Below the pieces are notes generated by a model that worked only from the letters and a program-made list of their open reading frames with translations, had not been told where the DNA came from and searched no databases. This document shows positions 61,697-64,000 of a stretch of DNA of 64,000 nt, one piece after another (position 1 is the first letter of the stretch; each line of letters opens with the position of its first letter). This stretch comes from Pristiophorus japonicus. Its lineage: Eukaryota. Position numbers and translations under genes: made by a program. The stretch spans positions 16,182,001-16,246,000 of the forward strand of contig NC_091995.1 in assembly GCF_044704955.1 (NCBI RefSeq), given 5' to 3'.

Positions 61697-64000
61697 GTAA
61701 GAGTCTTTTTCTGAGCGTTTTGTGTAGGGGTATTGTACAAGCAGAGTAGAGGAAAATTCACCTTGCAGTCTATAATGTTATAGCTGACGCAGAAATACTG
61801 GAGGCCCACAATGGATAACATTCCATGCTTTTCTTCCCAGTACAAACATAACAATGTCTCATTCCAATTTCTCCTCCTGGTATAACAACCATCTTCACTT
61901 CTTTAAGTCCAAGGGGCACACAACCGGATAAGCCGTCCATTCCTAGATTTGGCTTGCCACATTAATCTCTATCTGGCTTTGCTCACCTGTGGAGAAACCA
62001 TCCATTACTATTGCATCGTCCTGGAAGTTAATGGTAACTGCAGGCTTCTCTTCTCTACTGCCTTAAACAACTTTGCCCACCACCTCCTCTCTCTCATTTC
62101 TAACAAGTGCGAGGAACTCATGTAGTTATTCCTCATGTCCATCTGTTGAGCTGTCTCGTTGCTTCTGTCTTCCCCTTGTTTACTCAGCCAAATGTCCCCC
62201 AGCCCTTTCACCATCATTTCCCTGAAACCTGGCCTCTCACTAGTTTCTGCCCTTTTCCCCACACCCCGTCCAAAATTATCTCATCCACGAGACCTTTATT
62301 TCTGTTCTCTTGACCCTCCCTTTCCCACCAATCTCCTGATCAGCCAACAGCCATTTTTGTGAATGGCTTAATTTACATAGTTGCCTTTTAAACCCACTGC
62401 CATTACCCGTTTTTATGATCACAACTTCTTTAATCACAGGATGTGGGCATCGTTGGCAAGGCCAGCATTTATTGTCCATTCCTCATTGCCCTTGAGAAGG
62501 TGATGGTGAGCCACCTTCTTGAATCGCTGCAGACCTATGTGGTGAAGGTGCTCCCACAGAGGTGTTAGGTAGGGTGTTCCGGGATTTTGGCTCAGCGATG
62601 ATGAAGGAATGGCGATATATTTCAACGTCAGGATGGTGTGTAATTTGGAGGGGAACTAGGAGGGGTTTGTCTTCCCAACACCTGCTGCTCTTGTCCTTCT
62701 CGGTGGTAGAGATCACAGGTTTGGAAGATGCTGTTGAAGAAGCTTTGGTGAGTTGCTGCAGTGCATCTTTGATCTGTCTGTCCTATCCAGGTAATGTCCC
62801 ATATTGAACCTGCCTTTCCCTTCCAATGTCCTTAGAGTGCTGTTGCCTTACAGATATGTACCCACTTCCCTTCAGATAAGGTTTCTGCCTCTGCCACAAC
62901 ACTGAAATGACACTGACCAAAGTCAGAAGTGACATTCTCTGCTACAGTGGCTATGGTATGTTATCCTTCCTTTAAACTTTGACTTGTCAATCACACGACC
63001 CTCCTCCAATGTCTCTTCTCTATTGCTCAATTCCCTGGCACTGTTCTTGCTTAGCTCTATGATAATGCATCTAATTTTAACCAGAGCATCTGCAGCAATG
63101 GCTTCTCTTTCCAGCCAATAGCTTGTGAGTCTCCAAAGTATCTATCCTTTGTTCCTTCATCGAGTTGGCATCATCAAAGCTAGGCATTCAGTTTCCATAT
63201 ATACGCCAATTAAGAAATAGGAGCAGAAGTCGCCCATTTGGCCCCTCGAGCCTGCTCCGCTATTCAATAAGATCATGGCTGATCTGATCTTGGCTTCAAA
63301 TCCACTTCCCTGCCCACTCCCCAGAACCCTTGACTCTCTTATCATTCAAAAATCTGACTATCTCCGCCTTAAATATATTCAATGTACCAGCACCCACAGC
63401 TCTCTGGGGTAGAGAATTCCAAAGATTCATCACCCTCTGAGAGAAGACAACCCTCTTCATCTCCATTTTAGATGAGCGACCCCTTATTCTGAAACTATGC
63501 CCCTTCTTTCTAGATTCACCCACGAGGGGCAGCATCCTCTCTGCATCTAACCTGTCAAGCCCCCTCATGATTCTTATACGTTTCAATAAGATCAACTCTC
63601 ATTCTTCTAAAATGCAATTTGTATGGGCCCAACCTGCTCAACTTTTTTCATAAAACAACCTCTTCATCTCAGGAATCAACCTCATGAACCTTCTCTGAAC
63701 AGCCTCCAATGCAAATATATACCTCCTTAAATAAGGAGGACAAAATTGTATGCAGTACTCCAGGTGTGGTCTCACCAACATTCTGTACAGTTGTAGCAGG
63801 ACTTCCCTACTTTTGGACTCCATCCCCTTTGAAATAAAGGCCAACATTCCATTTGCCTTCCTGATTACTTACTGCACCTGCATCCTAACTTTATGTGTTT
63901 CATGCACAAGGACCCCCAGATCCCTCTGTACTGCAGCATTTTGTAATCTCTCCCCATTTAAATAATAATTTGCTTTTGTATTTTTCCTATCAAAGTGGAT

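Larger units (their letters stand above)
49996..64000 (+). repeat. Direct segmental duplicate of 1 to about 13897
   Basis: Colinear throughout. Offset is 49995 at the start and about 50103 at the end, with scattered substitutions and indels. Confidence 0.97.

Overview
Repeat-rich vertebrate genomic DNA, probably from a cartilaginous fish. The taxon is inferred only from the dense CR1 LINEs, L2-tailed tRNA-derived SINEs, RTE and Harbinger elements. The main content is a small family of single-Ig-domain receptor genes with a germline-joined V-J type domain (YYC..GNGTKLEV), most like NCR3/NKp30 and the CD28 family. (1) An intact-looking + strand gene occurs twice, about 50.0 kb apart (1-14455 and 49628 to beyond 64000). 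It has a leader, a V exon, an uncharged TM exon, several cytoplasmic micro-exons and a last exon with two ITIM-type motifs (LHYAKV, VEYDTI), so it is predicted to be inhibitory. (2) Between the copies, on the - strand, is a decayed paralog (V exon at 35153-35823, split by a SINE). Its J-like end and an Arg-containing TM-like exon were amplified in 3-4 kb units that also carry tRNA-Arg(CCT) pseudogenes, which suggests a paired activating/inhibitory receptor family. Other items: a TSD-flanked, poly(A)-tailed element built from permuted U2 snRNA pieces; a C2H2 zinc-finger array apparently inserted together with an RTE-type element; a Harbinger transposon; nested CR1s; and two N gaps. All gene models were assembled by hand from splice signals and phase. 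No database search was run.
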